DNA of 64,000 nucleotides from Bacteroidales bacterium (lineage in GTDB: Bacteria; Bacteroidota; Bacteroidia; Bacteroidales; JAGOPY01): the NCBI GenBank assembly GCA_023229505.1, contig JALNZD010000016.1, positions 1,604-65,603 of the forward strand, given 5' to 3'. A model generated the notes under the pieces. It did no database searches, had not been told where the DNA came from, and was given only the letters and a program-made list of their open reading frames with translations. Numbering within the stretch: the first letter of the stretch is position 1; each line of letters starts with the position of its first letter. Shown in pieces: positions 60,492 to 64,000 of this stretch. A program made the position numbers and the translations under genes.

Positions 60492-61508
60492 TTAAAAGCT
60501 TTCTTTATCGTTGTCTTTAATACCTTTTTTAGGTTTGGAACTGGGGGGTTCGGCGATCGAATCCCGCATCCTGGTATCGGCCTTGATATTTTGATAACGT
60601 TGGTAATCCATGATCCCCAGGTTACCTGTGCGGAATGCTTCCGCAATAGCTTTTGGAATTTCAGCTTCAGCCTGGATGAGGTTTGCCCGCGATTCTTCAG
60701 CTTTCGCCCGCATTTCCTGTTCCCGGGCTACGGCCATGGCACGGCGTTCCTCTGCTCTTGCCTGTGCGATATTTTTATCGGCATTGGCCTGGTCCATCTG
60801 AAGGAAAGCACCGATATTCTTGCCTACATCGATATCGGCAATATCAATGGATAGGATTTCAAAAGCAGTTCCTGAGTCAAGACCTTTGCCAAGAACAAGT
60901 TTGGAAATACTATCGGGATTTTCCAGCACAGATTTATGGGATTGGGCTGAACCGATCGACGACACGATACCCTCTCCTACCCTGGCGAGTACTGTTTCTT
61001 CGCCGGCACCTCCCACCAATTGCTTGATGTTGGCACGAACTGTGACCCTTGCTTTGGCTATCAGCTGGATACCATCTTTTGCAACTGCTGTAACAGATGG
61101 CGTATCAATGACTTTTGGATTCACTGACATTTTAACCGCTTCAAGAACATCGCGGCCGGCCAGGTCGATGGCAGTGGCGGTTTGAAAATCAAGTTTTATA
61201 TTAGCTTTATCGGCGGATATCAATGCATTGACGACCCTCGGCACATTCCCTCCCGCAAGGTAATGGGCTTCCAGGGAATTCCTGTTCAGGGAAAGGCCTG
61301 CTTTGGTAGCTGCAATAAGACTATTGACAATAATAGTTACCGGCACCTTACGCCAGCGCATGATAACCAATTGAAGCAAGGAAATTCTGACACCGGAGAC
61401 CAAAGCTTTAAACCAAATCCCAACCGGTATGAGATAAAAAAGAATCCAAATGGCAAATATTGCTCCCAATCCAATGGCAACAATGACAAATACCTGTGAA
61501 TCACCCAT
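60492..61508 (-). CDS. floA: flotillin-like protein FloA (SPFH/UPF0365)
   Basis: [25 protein letters not shown]...[10 protein letters not shown]...[15 protein letters not shown]. Confidence 0.9.
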   Translation of the reverse strand: MGDSQVFVIVAIGLGAIFAIWILFYLIPVGIWFKALVSGVRISLLQLVIMRWRKVPVTIIVNSLIAATKAGLSLNRNSLEAHYLAGGNVPRVVNALISADKANIKLDFQTATAIDLAGRDVLEAVKMSVNPKVIDTPSVTAVAKDGIQLIAKARVTVRANIKQLVGGAGEETVLARVGEGIVSSIGSAQSHKSVLENPDSISKLVLGKGLDSGTAFEILSIDIADIDVGKNIGAFLQMDQANADKNIAQARAEERRAMAVAREQEMRAKAEESRANLIQAEAEIPKAIAEAFRTGNLGIMDYQRYQNIKADTRMRDSIAEPPSSKPKKGIKDNDKESF

Positions 61509-61513
61509 GATTT

Positions 61514-61981
61514 TTAATCTTTACGTTTTACAATTATTTTATTATACTCGATTTTTTCCACAACAATATAAGTTTGCTGATCTATGAAATCCCCATTCGT
61601 GCTTACTTCATAAAACTCCCCATTGATCAGTGCTTTTCCCATGGGGGCCAGGCGTGACACGGTTTTTCCCGTATCGCCGGTCTTGATCAACTTGTGATCA
61701 ATGACATTTACCTGGCTGTCGATCGCTGTTGAAAGTGCCAGTTTTCGCCATGTTTTTCCCCTGAGTGATAGCACAAGCGTAAGCACAGTCAATATAAATG
61801 TACCGGCAAGGACGAGGTGTCCCGCAAACATCCCATGACCGGCGTAAGATTGCCAGACACCAATGGCAATAAGAATGAACCCGATCACACCAGCAATCCC
61901 GACGCCGGGAATGATCAGGATTTCTAGAGCCAGGAATAAAAGGCCAATGATGATAAAAGTCGATATGAGTAACCAATGCAT
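61514..61981 (-). CDS. NfeD-family membrane protein
   Basis: TM-rich N-terminus and a C-terminal OB-like domain ([12 protein letters not shown]). It lies directly upstream of floA. Confidence 0.8.
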   Translation of the reverse strand: MHWLLISTFIIIGLLFLALEILIIPGVGIAGVIGFILIAIGVWQSYAGHGMFAGHLVLAGTFILTVLTLVLSLRGKTWRKLALSTAIDSQVNVIDHKLIKTGDTGKTVSRLAPMGKALINGEFYEVSTNGDFIDQQTYIVVEKIEYNKIIVKRKD

Positions 61982-61986
61982 ATTAT

Positions 61987-62259
61987 TCAGGATATTGTAA
62001 CTGTCAGGTCCCGGTTTAACATCTCATCGCATAAGGGCTTCAGGGAATCGAACGGCCCTGTTTTAATGCCGCATTTCCCATTAGAATGGGCGATCAAAGC
62101 ACATTGCTCTGCCTGGAAGGCATCATGCCCGCATACTTCAATCAATGTCTCAATGACATATTCAAAAGTATTTACTTCATCGTTAAACAGGATCAGTTCT
62201 TTTTCACCTGAAGCAACCTCTTCACTTTTACCGGCCGGTTTTAATTTTTCCTTTACCAT
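61987..62259 (-). CDS. clpS: ATP-dependent Clp protease adaptor ClpS
   Basis: LILFNDEVNTFEYVIETLIEVCGHDAFQAEQCALIAHSNGK. Confidence 0.93.
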   Translation of the reverse strand: MVKEKLKPAGKSEEVASGEKELILFNDEVNTFEYVIETLIEVCGHDAFQAEQCALIAHSNGKCGIKTGPFDSLKPLCDEMLNRDLTVTIS

Positions 62260-62374
62260 TAGGAAGATCGTTTAATCAGAATAAATGTAATTAAAAAACA
62301 ACTTACTGAAAGCGCTAACGAAAGTAGTAAAAAAATAGCAATTTTGCATAGCATTATTTGTTTGATAAAAGACG

Positions 62375-63010
62375 ATGGAATTTAAAGTATTCATAGAAAG
62401 CATTAAAAGAAAGCTGGACAAGCCCCTTCCGGGGGTTCCGTCACAGCTTAAAATGGCAAGTATGCGCCGGTTGATGAAGGACGGAAAAGTTGTTGTTCCT
62501 GCCGATGTAAGGAAGGGTGGTGTGCTGGCCTTATTTTACCCTTCAAATGGTAAGATTTATATGGTTTTCATCAAGAGAACGGAATATCCCGGTGTTCACA
62601 GCGGTCAGATCTCTTTTCCGGGAGGAGGCTGGGAACAAGGCGACCAGGATATAGTAGATACGGCTCTGCGTGAAGCTGAAGAAGAAATCGGGGTAAACAG
62701 AAATACTGTCGTTCCTATCGGAAAGCTTACCGACCTTTTCATTCCACCGAGCAATTTCCTTGTAACACCTATAGTGGGTTATACCAATGAGCGGCCTGAT
62801 TTCAGGTCTGACCCGGATGAAGTCGACCGGATCCTGGAATTTCCACTGGAAGAATTGTTTGATGAATTAAATATTCAGGAACAGGATATTACGATCTTTC
62901 CCGCGATCAATTTAAAAGTTCCCTGTTTTTATGTAGATGGAAATGTGATATGGGGAGCTACCGCGATGATACTTAATGAACTGATCGATGTGATCAGGCT
63001 AGAATCCTGA
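62375..63010 (+). CDS. NUDIX hydrolase, CoA pyrophosphatase-like
   Basis: Nudix box FPGGGWEQGDQDIVDTALREAEEEIGV, with an upstream LAxxY-type motif region. Confidence 0.8.
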   Translation: MEFKVFIESIKRKLDKPLPGVPSQLKMASMRRLMKDGKVVVPADVRKGGVLALFYPSNGKIYMVFIKRTEYPGVHSGQISFPGGGWEQGDQDIVDTALREAEEEIGVNRNTVVPIGKLTDLFIPPSNFLVTPIVGYTNERPDFRSDPDEVDRILEFPLEELFDELNIQEQDITIFPAINLKVPCFYVDGNVIWGATAMILNELIDVIRLES

Positions 63011-63410
63011 TTTCGTAGGTTATTTCTGCACCGAAACGCAATAACGCATTCACACCGCAATATCTTTCCCTGGAAAGGTTCACGGCTTTTTCAACTTTCT
63101 CCTGGTCAATATCCTTTCCTTTCAATTCATAAATAATGTGGATTTTATGGTAGTATTTAGGATGTTCTTCTGTCAGCTCACCTTCAACTGAAACATTGAA
63201 AAACTCAGGCTCTGCCCTCATTTTTCTCAGTATTGATATCACATCCATCCCGGTGCATCCGGCCAGGGAAACCAGGGTAAGCGGCTTTGGGCGGGGTCCG
63301 TTATTTTTGCCTCCCACCTCCGGCTCAGCATCCAACATAATCTTAAATCCATTCACATCCGCTTCAAAGGTCATATCCTTTTTCCAGGCACAGTCAATTT
63401 TAGTTTTCAT
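62994..63410 (-). CDS. OsmC-family peroxiredoxin-like protein
   Basis: GPRPKPLTLVSLAGCTGMDV...RYCGVNALL (two conserved Cys). Confidence 0.8.
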   Translation of the reverse strand: MKTKIDCAWKKDMTFEADVNGFKIMLDAEPEVGGKNNGPRPKPLTLVSLAGCTGMDVISILRKMRAEPEFFNVSVEGELTEEHPKYYHKIHIIYELKGKDIDQEKVEKAVNLSRERYCGVNALLRFGAEITYEIRILA

Positions 63411-63458
63411 TCTTTTCTTTTTTACAAAAGTAAATCATTTTCAGTTGGAAAGGTAGTC

Positions 63459-64000
63459 TTATTGGTTAAACCAGAACCCGTTAGGAATTATACCAACCAG
63501 GAAAGAATCGACCGGTGTGCCATCCAGGGCATTAAACCGGTATACCCATCCATTCTGGGCATAGTCGAGCGGATCAGTTGCAAAGATCATTTTAGTCACC
63601 TTATCATATCCCAGGCCATAAAACATTGTATTCCCGGAGATCAAAGGCTGAGTATTCAGTAATGAAGCAGACACGGGGAAACCGTTCCATCCCTTGCCAG
63701 AGCATAGGACCCAGATCTTACCATTAACATCCTTTTGAATTCCTGACGGCCGGTGGCCAACTTCGAGCAGCCCGAAGGGTTCTTCATCATTAGTCTGTAT
63801 AATAGAAACCGTACTGTCAACTCCAAATCCACCTGAGTTTATTACAAACAACTGATCACCTGCCAGGATCATCTCATCAGGGCCGTTTCCGGTCTGAATG
63901 CTTGTTATGATGGAGTAATCCCTGAGGTTCATTACTTTAACCGTTGAATCCCAGCAGGAGACATATCCTTTATCTTCATCAAAACCAATAAAATAGCGTG
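63459..64000 (-). CDS. beta-propeller-like surface protein (YncE/DUF5074-like), 5' partial at window edge
   Basis: The frame stays open to base 64000 (…RYFIGFDEDKGYVSCWDSTVKVMNLRD…). Repeated LFVINSGG- and IWVLCSG-type blades are visible. Confidence 0.45.
   Translation of the reverse strand, partial: RYFIGFDEDKGYVSCWDSTVKVMNLRDYSIITSIQTGNGPDEMILAGDQLFVINSGGFGVDSTVSIIQTNDEEPFGLLEVGHRPSGIQKDVNGKIWVLCSGKGWNGFPVSASLLNTQPLISGNTMFYGLGYDKVTKMIFATDPLDYAQNGWVYRFNALDGTPVDSFLVGIIPNGFWFNQ

Overview
The window looks like a chromosomal segment from an anaerobic Bacteroidota genome. This call rests on the canonical block tRNA-Thr/Tyr/Gly/Thr - tuf - tRNA-Trp - secE - nusG - rplKAJL - rpoBC - DUF3467, on rpsU-xerC-hpf synteny, and on TonB-receptor/DUF4249 and BlaI/BlaR-like pairs. 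All family names come from motif recognition by eye. No BLAST, HMM or folding was run.

Most of the window is housekeeping: zapA, rny, pdxB, tkt, ribosomal genes, RNA polymerase, RelA/SpoT, FloA/NfeD and ClpS.

The most interesting content is listed below.

1. **Hydrogenase operon (26.9-35.9 kb, minus strand).** An Mvh-type [NiFe] hydrogenase (mvhDGA) is joined to two mutually complementary, partly degenerate HdrA paralogs and a QmoC-like FeS/multi-TM protein. No HdrBC is present. The operon is preceded by twin ATGAT-N4-ATCAT palindromes and an FNR-like regulator, and it ends with a 4xCxxC zinc-ribbon protein that has a paralog 10 kb away.
2. **Nested permease locus (9.4-12.2 kb).** An APC permease gene is split into N- and C-terminal remnants by an insertion. 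The insertion carries an IS3 orfA stub and an intact, inverted, differently codon-biased permease homolog.
3. **AT-rich accessory left edge (1-2.5 kb).** It holds two attC-like imperfect palindromes, a doubly frameshifted PD-(D/E)XK-like gene and a HicB gene with a decayed HicA.
4. **Candidate 6S RNA** downstream of zapA.
5. **Dispersed small repeats.** These are a 29-bp motif in 3 copies, a family of 6-8 nt intergenic microsatellites, and a CGCAGAT palindromic array.
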